A stretch of 64,000 nucleotides of DNA from Candidatus Poribacteria bacterium (GCA_965198235.1 OZ240248.1:4192001-4256000), one strand, 5' to 3'; shown: positions 10,930 to 21,062, counted from the stretch's first letter. Translations and numbers: made by a program. The notes: a model not told the origin generated them from the letters alone.

Positions 10930-12936
10930 GTGAAACGTATTCTCGTTTTTGTCAGCATCGCCATCACGATGCTATATCAACTCGGTTGTTCTCCTGATGA
11001 AGAGCAAACACAACTTGAGAATCCCACAGTTAGCGATTCAACAGCAGTTCTTAACGCCCCACCCTTTGTCGGAGACGTTGTACTGGAAAACATGTACGAG
11101 GATGAAGTTCGGAAACTGACGAGCAAAACACCACTGGAGATCATTACCGTGCTTGAAGGCACCAGCAAAGTCATTCTTCAGGCTCGATTCCGATCCGTCC
11201 GAGATGGACCCTTTGGATCCCCCGTCTATGAGTGCGAACTGGTTGATGAATCAGCAGAGGCATTAGGGGGTATTGCACGAGGAATGTCTGGCAGTCCTGT
11301 CGGTCCACCGGGTCGTGTTATGGGGGCTCTCGCCTTTACGTATGCGTTTAGTAAACCGCCGTATCGGTTCTTGGTCACACCTATTGATTATATGGAGGCG
11401 GCAATAGACCACCCAACGTTTGGTGAGTTTCTGGAGGAAGAAGCGGCACCTGCGGCACCGGCACTGGCGATTAATTCCTTGTACACACCCGTTAAAGCAC
11501 CCGTGATGATTACTGGGACTCAGCCCCACAGAATTCAAGAACTTTCTTCATATTTCTCTGACTCAAGATTCAATTTTGTTGAATTGCTTGGTAATATTGG
11601 AGGTGCTCCAGCAGCACCGCCTGCGGGTGCTACAACAAAACTCTCTGCAGGGGATATGATTGGTGCTGCTGTCGCTACAGGGGATGTTACGAGCCTCATT
11701 GGCTTTGGGACAGTGACACAGGTGTATGACGATACATTTGTAGCGTTCGGTCATCCATTCTTTGCCGATGGAAAGTCCGAATTACCGGTATACAGAGCCG
11801 TAACGCATGGAATCGTGCCGAGCCTGGTGGTATCAACCAAATCTGTCTCCGCGTATGGAAATCCGATCGGGACAATAACTAAAGACTTACATCCCGCAGT
11901 TGTAGGGAAACTCGGTCCGGGACCTGCAATGATTCCGGTGAAACTCTCTTACCGTCCCGTTAATAACACAGTAATAGAGAAACACCACGTTGTGGCTTAT
12001 GGACAAGAGTGGGCGATTTCGTTTGTTACGGCAGTGACGATGGATGCAATTCGGATGGAAAGGAATGCTGCAACAGTTGAAGGGACTGTGACACTTCACT
12101 TCCAAGAAACTGAAACTGTCTATACAGAAACGTTCCGGACTGCCTCTTCAAATCCATTTTTCGATGTGTTCATAGGAACGGTTTCAATTATTGATTCGTT
12201 CACTAATACACTTACAAACAGCGCTGGCAAAGCGACCTTGAAAGAGGTGTCGATTGCTATTGTGGACAAACCTCAAATTGCCAAAGCCGAGATTGACGAA
12301 ATTATTGCGCCAATTGAAGTGATGCCTGGCGAAAGCCTTACGGTTTCGGTTGTGCTACTTCCACACTGGAGTACTGCCGGCGCCGAGCGTACGATTCAAA
12401 GAGAAGTTATACTGGACATCCCTGACGACTTCCCTACGGGTAAAGCGATCCTCACGGTTTCCGCCGATGCATCGGCTGGCGACACAGAATTTGAACGGCT
12501 TTTCGGTGACATTTTGGATGAAATCCTGGATATGGAAGAAGATGATGATGAAAAACCGTTGCCCAGAAATCTGGACGAACTCATCCGTCAGAAGGAAGAA
12601 GATCAGATGGATGCAGGGTTAATCACAATAACCCTCACACCATCGGGCTTTGGTGGATTCCCATTACCCGGAGACTTCCCGCTGCCAGAGGGCTTCCCAC
12701 TCCCAGAAAATGACGAAGAGGGTGAAGAAATTCCAGAAGGCTTTCCACTCCCAGAAGGTCTCCTATTGCAGGAAGGCTTCCCACTTCCAAACGATTCTGA
12801 GGAACAGAGCATAGAAACTGAACTCATTATTGAAGGCTTTATCGTAACAGGGTCTAAAGAGAAACAGATTACGATTAAAGTGGGAAATATAGGGCAAGAT
12901 GTGTTGCCAATAGAAGGCTTAGAAGGCGCAGAATAA
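10930..12936 (+). CDS. SpoIVB-like peptidase (S55 family) lipoprotein
   Basis: Lipobox LGC, catalytic GIARGMSGSPV and AFGHPF motif. GTG start after GGAGG. Acidic C-terminus. Confidence 0.8.
   Translation: MKRILVFVSIAITMLYQLGCSPDEEQTQLENPTVSDSTAVLNAPPFVGDVVLENMYEDEVRKLTSKTPLEIITVLEGTSKVILQARFRSVRDGPFGSPVYECELVDESAEALGGIARGMSGSPVGPPGRVMGALAFTYAFSKPPYRFLVTPIDYMEAAIDHPTFGEFLEEEAAPAAPALAINSLYTPVKAPVMITGTQPHRIQELSSYFSDSRFNFVELLGNIGGAPAAPPAGATTKLSAGDMIGAAVATGDVTSLIGFGTVTQVYDDTFVAFGHPFFADGKSELPVYRAVTHGIVPSLVVSTKSVSAYGNPIGTITKDLHPAVVGKLGPGPAMIPVKLSYRPVNNTVIEKHHVVAYGQEWAISFVTAVTMDAIRMERNAATVEGTVTLHFQETETVYTETFRTASSNPFFDVFIGTVSIIDSFTNTLTNSAGKATLKEVSIAIVDKPQIAKAEIDEIIAPIEVMPGESLTVSVVLLPHWSTAGAERTIQREVILDIPDDFPTGKAILTVSADASAGDTEFERLFGDILDEILDMEEDDDEKPLPRNLDELIRQKEEDQMDAGLITITLTPSGFGGFPLPGDFPLPEGFPLPENDEEGEEIPEGFPLPEGLLLQEGFPLPNDSEEQSIETELIIEGFIVTGSKEKQITIKVGNIGQDVLPIEGLEGAE
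12655..12789 (+). repeat. Coding repeat (E)GFPLP x5-6 in the S55 peptidase tail
   Basis: GFPLP GDFPLP EGFPLP ... EGFPLP EGLLLQ EGFPLP. Confidence 0.85.
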
Positions 12937-13026
12937 TAATTTCGGAACCCTGTTGTATGGACAGGTATTCGTGCCTGTCCATACAGCATCAAATACCTAT
13001 CACTGATAACACGAAAAGGACAAACA

Positions 13027-13794
13027 ATGCAGCATTCTCTATGTTTCACAGTTTTTATACTTTTTGCGATCGCTTTTCAATTGCTGGGTTGCTCAGAAGA
13101 CACCGACAACGATACAGCACCAGTCGAAACCTTTATTGCCGAACCTATACCATCCAAACCCACACCAGAAGACACCTTCGCGAAACTAAAGATGTTGTTT
13201 CCAAACCCCATTTTAGATGGAGACTTCTCAACGCTCGGTGAGGTGACAGACTCTAAAACATATTTGGACTTTCTCGCCCAAGAATATCGGACGGAAAAAC
13301 CGTTTAAAACGCTGGCAGAATATCTCAGTGTAGCTCCACCACCTGATCCAGAAAGATACAAACCCTTTTTGAAGGAATTCATTAACAAGCCCAATGAAGA
13401 AGATATAGCCATCGTTCATCAGATGACGTTGCGGTACCGTTGTGCGAATGCGAGAATGTATCAGATGATGCACGATGGAAATGTTGTCAAGGCGATACTT
13501 GCCGCGCTCGGAAAAAAGTTTGGGATTCGTGACAAAGAACCAATAAAGGCTTGGTTAGAATTACATTTTCCAAAACAAGGCTTTTTTATCACTTTCGACA
13601 ATTTCGTCACGGAAACCGAAAGAGAAGACGTCCACTTAATACAAGAACAGTTTAAGGTACACGGCAAAGATAACGGACTTTTATGGCTTGCCATCCGCAA
13701 CCCTGCATTAACCGCAGAGATTCTCAATAATTTCACCAATACGGTTGTGTTTCAGGAATGGGTTAACGGCATCTTTTTTCTCCCAAAACCATAG
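13027..13794 (+). CDS. Hypothetical lipoprotein (family shared with 17232-18041)
   Basis: Signal peptide with LLGC lipobox, AAGGA RBS, C-terminal HGK.NGLLWLAI..P...FQEW. Confidence 0.75.
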   Translation: MQHSLCFTVFILFAIAFQLLGCSEDTDNDTAPVETFIAEPIPSKPTPEDTFAKLKMLFPNPILDGDFSTLGEVTDSKTYLDFLAQEYRTEKPFKTLAEYLSVAPPPDPERYKPFLKEFINKPNEEDIAIVHQMTLRYRCANARMYQMMHDGNVVKAILAALGKKFGIRDKEPIKAWLELHFPKQGFFITFDNFVTETEREDVHLIQEQFKVHGKDNGLLWLAIRNPALTAEILNNFTNTVVFQEWVNGIFFLPKP

Positions 13795-13804
13795 GAGAAA
13801 GATT

Positions 13805-14295
13805 ATGACCTTCACCTGCGCATCGCGTCACGTGCTAATCGGGACGTTAATATTTGCTATCCTAACGTGAGTTCGACATTAGGCGCGTAGGTTGGGTTGA
13901 ACGGGAACTTCCTAAAAACCGTACACAGAAGATGCCCTTCAAGTTCACCGGGAACCTGAAATCCCCAAAATCCGAGTGAAACCCAACACAGTATCATACC
14001 GCCAGTTTGGATTGTTGGGTTTCGCTATATCTCTCTATGTGAACGGGTCATCGAAAAGTGGAATTCTCCGTATAAATAAGATGGGTCTGGAGTTTCACCG
14101 CTCAACCCAACCTACATTTACACTTGCATTTTTATTATCGAACTGACGTTATCCTACTAACAAATATTTCAGTCGCCACACCAACCAAAACAGCACATAA
14201 TTCGCACACCCACAAAGAAAACAGACCATTTATCGGGATCCCAACCCTCGTCGTAATGAGCGTTACCTCCTTTGGATACTGACTAACCCCTTTAC
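13805..14295 (+). pseudogene. MITE-disrupted paralog of the 10333-10827 gene
   Basis: After removing 13865-14156 the frame reads MTFTCASRHVLIGTLIFAILLTNISVATPT...FIGIPTLVVMSVTSFGY*LTPL, matching ...IGLPTLVVMGVTSFGRWLTPL. TGA stands at the Trp position. Confidence 0.8.
13865..14149. mobile_element. 285-bp MITE enclosing an inverted pair of GTAG REPs
   Basis: TIR ACGTGAGTTCGA / TCGAACTGACGT (1 mismatch), TATCCTA duplicated at 13858-13864 and 14150-14156, and inner IR GTAGGTTGGGTTGA / TCAACCCAACCTAC. Confidence 0.85.
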
Positions 14296-14449
14296 AATCA
14301 CAGCCAAGCCATTGTTGGAATTGAAGGATTCCTCATAGACTTGGCTGTTCTGCGTTCTGCTGATAAACTCAATCTCTGTGTCAACTGGAACATTTAATTT
14401 AGCGTTAAAGCCTACAATTCAGATTCCAAAGGGAGATTAAAACCTCTTT

Positions 14450-17146
14450 ATGAAATTTTGTTTATATCCAGTTCTGTTTGTGGTGCTCATAGGGCTGTTC
14501 TCTGTTTCCGCTGAAACGGACAACAAAGAAGACAAGATCCCAAAAACCAAAAGAAGCCTCTGGCAGCGAATCTTTCCACGCACAGGTGATATGGAAGGCA
14601 CCGCCTACCAGCACGACACCGACACACCATTAGTTGAAGCAGAAGTGCATATCGTTGAAACCGACCAACATCAAAAAACGGGTAAAGATGGAACGTTTCG
14701 GTTTACTGAAATTCCTGTCGGAACATACACGCTCTCCATATCCCATTCCTCCTATAGCAGCCCCACAGAGATCACTATCGAAATTCGCGCAGGCGAGACA
14801 CTCAGCGGAAAATTTTATCTCGGCGCGGAGGTCCCATTTGTCAAAACTACCGACAACGGGGACATAAATGGGCAGGTCTATAGCCAAATGACAGGGAAAC
14901 CCCTCGCTGAGGCAGAGGTGCGATTCGTTGAAATCGACGTGTCAAGAAAAACGGATGCATCTGGAAATTTTCAGTTTACAGGTATCGCGCCCGGCACTTA
15001 TACACTGTTAATTACGCATACAACATACAAAACACCGACGGCTACAAAAATAGAAGTAACGGCAGGTGATACTACGCGGGTGAAAATCTATCTCGGTACA
15101 GCGGTCCAACTCGAAACAGTCGTCGTAGAAGGGCAACGTCTATCCCCGACGATTAGCCGCAAAGAGATTCAAGGTAGCGAGTTGATACGGATTCCTGGTA
15201 CTGGACGTGACGCACTCAAGGGGCTAACGACTTTGCCGAGCATTGGTATTCCCAACGATCTCTTTGGCATCCTCTATATCCGCGGGAGTGCACCGGGGGA
15301 GACGCTCCTCTATCTCGACAGAACTCCGCTCGGCTATCCGTTCCACTTTGGCGGCCTTATTTCAACGATTAACTCAGATAGTATTGAGGACATCCGTATC
15401 TATGCTGGTGGCTACGGTGCTGAATTTGGATTGGATTCACAATCGGTGATTGACATCCGTTCGCGTGAACGCTTGAAAAAGAACTGGGCAGGCGCGATTG
15501 ATCTGAATATTTTATCGCCCTCCGGTTTCGTTGAAGCCAAAATCGGGGACAAGGGTTACGTGTCCGCCGCAGGGCGATTTACCACCCTTAATCTCATTTT
15601 AGGACACTTCTTTGATTCGACGTTTCCGAACTGGTCGAACTATCAACTCAAATTTGCATATCAACTTACGCCACAGCATCACCTAACGCTCAACGGCTTA
15701 GGAGCGACAGATAGCTTTGACTTCTCCGATGCTGGATCAGAAGAGATCGAGGACGCAGTTAATTTTTCTGCCTACTTCAAAAATGGGTTTGACGCGGAAG
15801 GCATTCACCTCCGCTCCCATTTCACTGACAAACTCACATCCTATCTCTCCCTGACGCGTTCCCACAATTTTCTCAATATCAACTTCGGCAACACCTCAAA
15901 CCAAGACGCTCAAACTGAAAATGAAGGATTCATCTACGACCTAAAGATCAACACCCCCGTGTATACCCTTCGCCAGGACGTGTCCTACAAGTTAACATCA
16001 AGACTTCAATTGGAACCTGGATTCCTTCTCGCGTTTAGTCCATCTAAAAGCCATACACATACCTCTTCTCCAGAAAACATAGATTTTGATGAGGAGCCGT
16101 CATGGACACGGAAGCTTGACGAATTTAATTACCCATTTCGGCGCGCCGAGGGGTACCTCCAAGCCCGCTATGATCCGCTCTCATTTTTATCTGTCGCCCT
16201 CGGTGTGCGATTCGACTATCTCAATCTGACAGAGGAACTTTCTATTCAGCCTCGCGGAAGTCTGAGTTTCACACTGCCGACGACTTCTACCCTTCGGCTC
16301 GCCTACGGCAGATATGAACAAAGCCCCTTAGCGTACCAGGTACTAAAGGCGGACGGAAATAGAAATCTAAAACCGAGTCTGACGGAGCATTACATCATGG
16401 AATTAGAACATGAATTGTCTGCACAAACCGAGCTCAAATTCGCTGTTTATTACAAAGACATGCAGAAATTAGTCACGAGATCTGTCAATCTTGACGCGTT
16501 TTTTGATGACTCGGACGATGCGGTTACAACAGGTTATTTCAATCAAGGTGTAGGATTTGTGACGGGTGCGGAGATATTCCTTCGGCACCGCGTTAGCGAA
16601 AAATTTTTTGGATGGGTATCTTATGCCTATACCCACGCCGAGCGGCGCGAGACACCGGACGCTGCCTACACGCCGTTCCTTTTTGATAACACACACATTG
16701 TTAGTATTGTTGCCAACTATAGCCCAACAACAAAAACTGAGATCGGAGCGAAATGGCAATACGCAAGCGGCACTTCAGCTGTCCCTCTAAGCACACTTCT
16801 GATGATTCAAGACCCTGTGACCCTTGGCATGCATCCAGTCCTCTCTGATGTTGCGGGCTCGATTGTCCCAACGGAATTTCCGGCGTATCACCGCTTGGAT
16901 CTCCGCTTTACACGCAAAAGGGAGTGGTGGGGTCTTCCTGTGACGATGTTTACCGAAATCTGGAACATCTACAATAGCAAAAACAAGATAAGGTTCAATT
17001 TCGTCAACAAATTCGTGGAGGAAATCAACGCAGCAGAGATTGAGAATGCGGAAGATTTCCCCTTGGACTTGGATTCGCCCTTTGAATATACGAGTCCTGT
17101 GCGACTCCCTTTTAGTATCAATGTTGGAATCATATATGAATTTTAA
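14450..17146 (+). CDS. TonB-dependent receptor with two N-terminal carboxypeptidase-regulatory-like domains
   Basis: Signal peptide, two G.F.F..I..GTYTL.I.H repeats, TonB-box-like LETVVVEG, plug (YIRG, GGYGAEFG), barrel YHRLDLR and terminal Phe. Confidence 0.9.
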   Translation: MKFCLYPVLFVVLIGLFSVSAETDNKEDKIPKTKRSLWQRIFPRTGDMEGTAYQHDTDTPLVEAEVHIVETDQHQKTGKDGTFRFTEIPVGTYTLSISHSSYSSPTEITIEIRAGETLSGKFYLGAEVPFVKTTDNGDINGQVYSQMTGKPLAEAEVRFVEIDVSRKTDASGNFQFTGIAPGTYTLLITHTTYKTPTATKIEVTAGDTTRVKIYLGTAVQLETVVVEGQRLSPTISRKEIQGSELIRIPGTGRDALKGLTTLPSIGIPNDLFGILYIRGSAPGETLLYLDRTPLGYPFHFGGLISTINSDSIEDIRIYAGGYGAEFGLDSQSVIDIRSRERLKKNWAGAIDLNILSPSGFVEAKIGDKGYVSAAGRFTTLNLILGHFFDSTFPNWSNYQLKFAYQLTPQHHLTLNGLGATDSFDFSDAGSEEIEDAVNFSAYFKNGFDAEGIHLRSHFTDKLTSYLSLTRSHNFLNINFGNTSNQDAQTENEGFIYDLKINTPVYTLRQDVSYKLTSRLQLEPGFLLAFSPSKSHTHTSSPENIDFDEEPSWTRKLDEFNYPFRRAEGYLQARYDPLSFLSVALGVRFDYLNLTEELSIQPRGSLSFTLPTTSTLRLAYGRYEQSPLAYQVLKADGNRNLKPSLTEHYIMELEHELSAQTELKFAVYYKDMQKLVTRSVNLDAFFDDSDDAVTTGYFNQGVGFVTGAEIFLRHRVSEKFFGWVSYAYTHAERRETPDAAYTPFLFDNTHIVSIVANYSPTTKTEIGAKWQYASGTSAVPLSTLLMIQDPVTLGMHPVLSDVAGSIVPTEFPAYHRLDLRFTRKREWWGLPVTMFTEIWNIYNSKNKIRFNFVNKFVEEINAAEIENAEDFPLDLDSPFEYTSPVRLPFSINVGIIYEF

Positions 17147-17231
17147 CGCAAGTGCGCCGCTTACTTAAGAGTTGCAATCCACTTCAAAAGATGCTATGAT
17201 GCGGTTATAATATTCAACCGGAGGACAAAAA

Positions 17232-18041
17232 ATGAAAAAACCTGTCTTTCTAATTCTTATCGGTATAGGCGTTGCCCTTCTTGTTGTTGGGGTCGTCTTT
17301 GTCGTCCCATGGTTCGGAAAGATATTAGACGAAATGGAGCAGATAACCGAACAGCATAGGCAACACAGGCGCGCATTAAAAATGTCTGCCCGCGAACCGT
17401 TGACTGAAGAACAGGAAAACCTTTTGTCCCAACTCCTTGAAATCACAGATGAAACACAAGCATCACAAAACCCAAACGATTTAGAAGAGGTCTTGTCAAG
17501 CGAACCCTATCTGACATATTTAAGAGGGCAGGAAGGAGAAGACTCCGAAGATTTTTCGGCGTACGTCAACGCAATGCCGACAGAAAATATGAAAGCTATC
17601 GCCCTCTCCAGAATCAAAGCCACACTCGGAACGGATAAAGGAGATACAGAATTAGACGTATGGACGAACTACTATTTCATCGTCCGAGAGTGGGGAATCA
17701 CGGTTGAAGACCCGCGTGACAACATAAAAGAACTTAATGAACTCCAACAGACCCACCTGATAGCACCGCTAATGGAGATCGATTCAGAGGTATCCGACTT
17801 GCATACCAAAATCGTCCAAATCGGTATGTCCTCCATATTCATGACAGAGGACACCAACGTGTTCAAGGAGTCGTGGCGTGAATGCTTGGAGATACACGGG
17901 GAACAAGAAGGTCTTTTGCGGTGTGCGATTGCCGCTCCCGATGAATTCGCACTCATGCGATCGTTTTTTGCGGATATGGCAGCCTTCCAAGAATGGATAC
18001 TCACACGTCCAGAACCTGAAGAACAAGAATCAGAACAATAG
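17232..18041 (+). CDS. Hypothetical membrane-anchored protein, paralog of 13027-13794
   Basis: N-terminal TM helix, SEPYLTYL and HGEQEGLLRCAIAAP...FQEWI. GGAGG RBS. Confidence 0.75.
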   Translation: MKKPVFLILIGIGVALLVVGVVFVVPWFGKILDEMEQITEQHRQHRRALKMSAREPLTEEQENLLSQLLEITDETQASQNPNDLEEVLSSEPYLTYLRGQEGEDSEDFSAYVNAMPTENMKAIALSRIKATLGTDKGDTELDVWTNYYFIVREWGITVEDPRDNIKELNELQQTHLIAPLMEIDSEVSDLHTKIVQIGMSSIFMTEDTNVFKESWRECLEIHGEQEGLLRCAIAAPDEFALMRSFFADMAAFQEWILTRPEPEEQESEQ

Positions 18042-18144
18042 CATCTACGACAACCTGACTATGAAACAACAACCCTTCCCATCGCTGATGGACTTCCTAA
18101 CCCCCACTATCCAAAACCGTCACGTCATAACCCCTACCATCGCT

Positions 18145-18223
18145 GGCGAGGTTTCTTAAGGGAAATCCGCAGAAATCCGCAGAAATACCCAAGCAAAAAC
18201 ACCCCAAACAAAAACACCTCGCC
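18145..18223. repeat. REP-like palindrome (GGCGAGGT/ACCTCGCC) interrupted by the CCCAAGCAAAAACAC cassette and short tandem duplications
   Basis: Arms match the REP at 43200-43226. Insert matches 37991-38016 and 54641-54666. Confidence 0.65.
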
Positions 18224-18308
18224 CCGTAATGCCCAAGTCATTGTAGATTTCCCTATAATTTCAAGCAATTCTGTTATTTCTTAGATGAAAATCCAGATTT
18301 CTCGTTTT

Positions 18309-18353
18309 ATGCACCCTTTTTTGCGCAAGACGGTATCATTAATTATAAAAGGG
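18309..18353 (+). promoter_or_regulatory. Putative ECF-type promoter, copy 1
   Basis: ATGCACCCTTT-N12-GGTATC.TTAATTATAAAAGGG, repeated with identical spacing at 21211-21255. Confidence 0.6.
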
Positions 18354-18457
18354 GATCATATACCACTTCACGAAAATTGGTTCTACAAAAACCTGACTCT
18401 CTGGATAGTGAGTGAAAGAGCATCCATATCGTAATATAGAATTATAGGAGAATTCAA

Positions 18458-19870
18458 ATGCTAATGACGTTGATTCAGAAAGAGGTTATGCATCATATCT
18501 TGAGCGTCCGATTCGTCGCGCTTCTTCTGATGTGTCTCTTACTCGTTCCCCTCACACTTTCTATCAATCATCGCAACTATCGCCAAAACCTCGTCGACTA
18601 CCAAGAAGCCATTAAATTGGCGAACATTGAAGAAACGACAGTAAATTTGAAGATGCCATTGGAACCGGATTTGGAGGTTTCCAAGCTCATCCTCAAACCG
18701 ACACCACTGAGCGTGTTTGCAAACGGATTAGCCGACGCACTGCCAAGCTACCTTGGAATAACACGAAATGGCGTTACACAGGGACCACCGGCACTGGTCT
18801 CGGCATCCCTTTCCTATCTCTTAGGACACCTCGACTTTCTATTTCTAGTAGGCACGGTTTTCAGTCTGCTGGCACTTCTGTTTACGTTCGATGCCGTTGC
18901 CGGAGAAAGAGAGGCAGGCACCCTTCGGATTACTTTAGCAAATTCCTTGCCTCGCGATGTCTTTCTTTGGAGTAAGTTGATTGGCGGATACCTCGTGTTC
19001 GTGGTTCCGTTCTTGATTTCGCTTCTATTCGGCTTACTCGTGCTCGTCTGGCAAGGATTTCCCCTCGGGGAACCCGATATTTTTCCACGAGTGCTCACAC
19101 TATCTCTTGTTTCACTACTCTATATTGCGGTGTTTTTTGCGATCGGGACAGTCATTTCCACCTATTTAGATAATTCTAAAACAGCACTTATCGTCGCCTT
19201 CACGGTTTGGGTGTTCGCTGTGCTGATTACACCACGCGTCGGTTTTCTTGCAGCGAAAATCATTGCACCGACACGAACTTCGCAGAGTGTGTATATGGAA
19301 AAGAAAGCCATGCGAGACGATTTCAATGCTGAACTTGAAAAGGAAAAAATGAAAATGATTATGGAGGTCCCCCCAGATGAGCGGGGACGCAGACACATAG
19401 GTGGGGAGATTGCGAAAAAAATTGAAGAACGCATGAAACCCGTGGAAGTGGAGTATCGACTGAAATTCCAGGACCACGCTAACGAACTTGACCGGAACTA
19501 CCAACGTGAAACAGAACGGCAAGAACAGATGGGTGAGACACTTTCCCGAATTTCACCAACCTCTTCGCTCATCTACCTCGCTACAAATTTAACACAGACG
19601 GGAAAGGGGACAAGAAACAACTACTCTCAAGCAGGTAATCGCTATTACGATATGCTCCATACAGATGTGTTTAGTAAAATTATAGATCATGCCACCGCAA
19701 GAATAATCAGACCAGAGGATACTGTCACAATCACGCAACCCCCTCGCGTGGAGATCGCAACCTTAGATGAGACCTTCCGTGAATCGGTGGTGGATGTGCT
19801 ACTCCTCTGTTTCTTTATAGTGGTATTGACAACAGTCGCATTTATGAAATTCTTCCGTTCCGATATTTGA
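18458..19870 (+). CDS. ABC-2 family transporter permease with large extracytoplasmic helical domain
   Basis: FDAVAGEREAGTLRITLAN..PR...LWSK motif, multiple TM helices and terminal F.R.D. Confidence 0.85.
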   Translation: MLMTLIQKEVMHHILSVRFVALLLMCLLLVPLTLSINHRNYRQNLVDYQEAIKLANIEETTVNLKMPLEPDLEVSKLILKPTPLSVFANGLADALPSYLGITRNGVTQGPPALVSASLSYLLGHLDFLFLVGTVFSLLALLFTFDAVAGEREAGTLRITLANSLPRDVFLWSKLIGGYLVFVVPFLISLLFGLLVLVWQGFPLGEPDIFPRVLTLSLVSLLYIAVFFAIGTVISTYLDNSKTALIVAFTVWVFAVLITPRVGFLAAKIIAPTRTSQSVYMEKKAMRDDFNAELEKEKMKMIMEVPPDERGRRHIGGEIAKKIEERMKPVEVEYRLKFQDHANELDRNYQRETERQEQMGETLSRISPTSSLIYLATNLTQTGKGTRNNYSQAGNRYYDMLHTDVFSKIIDHATARIIRPEDTVTITQPPRVEIATLDETFRESVVDVLLLCFFIVVLTTVAFMKFFRSDI

Positions 19871-19987
19871 TGTCAGTGATAGCCGAATTGCCGGCAACAT
19901 TTGAAACGCGTTATTTGAATACAGACGCATATTGTCAAAGGTTAAACTTCAAACACGAGGCAACATAACGCCTCTGGAGGACGAAAA

Positions 19988-21040
19988 ATGAAAAGCATTT
20001 TTCACGGGAAAAAAGCTTTCGTAAGGCTTACACTCTTCGTAACTTTAGGACTCGCCGTTTTTTGGGGTGTCTTTACCTATTTATCCGCACACAGTCATGA
20101 AATTGGATCATCGAATATGCAGTTACGTGAACACACTGAATTCGACTCAAAAGCACCGCCCGGTTATAAAAAGTATACCGGTCCCCAAAACGCGCAGGAA
20201 TTGATGAAAGCGTTAGATGCGGATTATAATAAGAGCCTGGCAAAGACCAGAGTGAGTGTATCAGGTAAATTCACTGCAAAAACCACGAGAGCTGGTAAGG
20301 TCACAGGTCCAAAAACCACGACTTATAGTAGCGACCTCACAATCAGTCAGATAGATGCAAGGTATCCACGGGCGGAATGGCTTCAGTTGCTTTTGGATAA
20401 AGGCATCACTATAGATGATTCCCTCGAGTATGCGTCCTTGCTGTCAAAGCGTTACACTTTGGCACTCTTGGAAGACAATCCAGATTTGCAGCAGTGGGGG
20501 TTTCTGGGTATTCCACCAACGGATGATTGGGAAACTTATAAAGTCGCTTACATCAATAAGTTGGTAAACGATCACACCAAGATCCAAGAAGCTGCAGAAC
20601 AGATTGAACGCGGTAAGAAAGCAGTTGAACGTGCGAAAGCGCAGATTGAACAGAGTAAAGAGAACGTTAAACTCGCCATCGAACGCAGTAAAGAAGCAGG
20701 CGAACGTGCCAAAGTTCAACTCGAACGCGGCACAGAGCGACTCGAACGTGTGAAAGCACAGATTGAGCAGAGTAAAAAGCACGCCAAACTTGCCATTGAA
20801 CGCAGTAAGGAAGCGGTTAAACGTGCCGAGACTCAGATTCAACACAGCAAAGAGCAGATTGAACGCGCCATAGCTCAACTCGAGCGTAGCATGGAACAGC
20901 TCAAAGGTGCTCAGAAAGAGTTGAATTTACAACAACTCGGACACATCAAGAAGCAGATTGAGGGCATACAGGAGACTTTAACCGCACCCAAAAAACCGAC
21001 TCCTCCACAGGAACCGATTCTTCCTCGGGTGTCAAACTAA
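19988..21040 (+). CDS. Hypothetical exported protein with C-terminal coiled-coil repeats
   Basis: N-terminal signal/TM segment, repeated ERAKAQIEQSK..KLAIERSKEA units and GGAGG RBS. Confidence 0.75.
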   Translation: MKSIFHGKKAFVRLTLFVTLGLAVFWGVFTYLSAHSHEIGSSNMQLREHTEFDSKAPPGYKKYTGPQNAQELMKALDADYNKSLAKTRVSVSGKFTAKTTRAGKVTGPKTTTYSSDLTISQIDARYPRAEWLQLLLDKGITIDDSLEYASLLSKRYTLALLEDNPDLQQWGFLGIPPTDDWETYKVAYINKLVNDHTKIQEAAEQIERGKKAVERAKAQIEQSKENVKLAIERSKEAGERAKVQLERGTERLERVKAQIEQSKKHAKLAIERSKEAVKRAETQIQHSKEQIERAIAQLERSMEQLKGAQKELNLQQLGHIKKQIEGIQETLTAPKKPTPPQEPILPRVSN

Positions 21041-21062
21041 AATATTTTGTTCCGTCGATAGC

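Noticed and set aside
14279-14282. In-frame TGA at a Trp position as possible recoding or alternative genetic code
   Set aside because: It lies in an already disrupted pseudogene. TGA ends normal genes here (e.g. 19870, 28619) and Trp is TGG elsewhere.
14300-14449. ACAGCCAAG/CTTGGCTGT inverted repeat upstream of the TonB receptor as a riboswitch
   Set aside because: No cobalamin or TPP consensus recognisable.
20444-20878. Phe-rich repetitive minus-strand ORF
   Set aside because: Antisense of the coiled-coil repeats.
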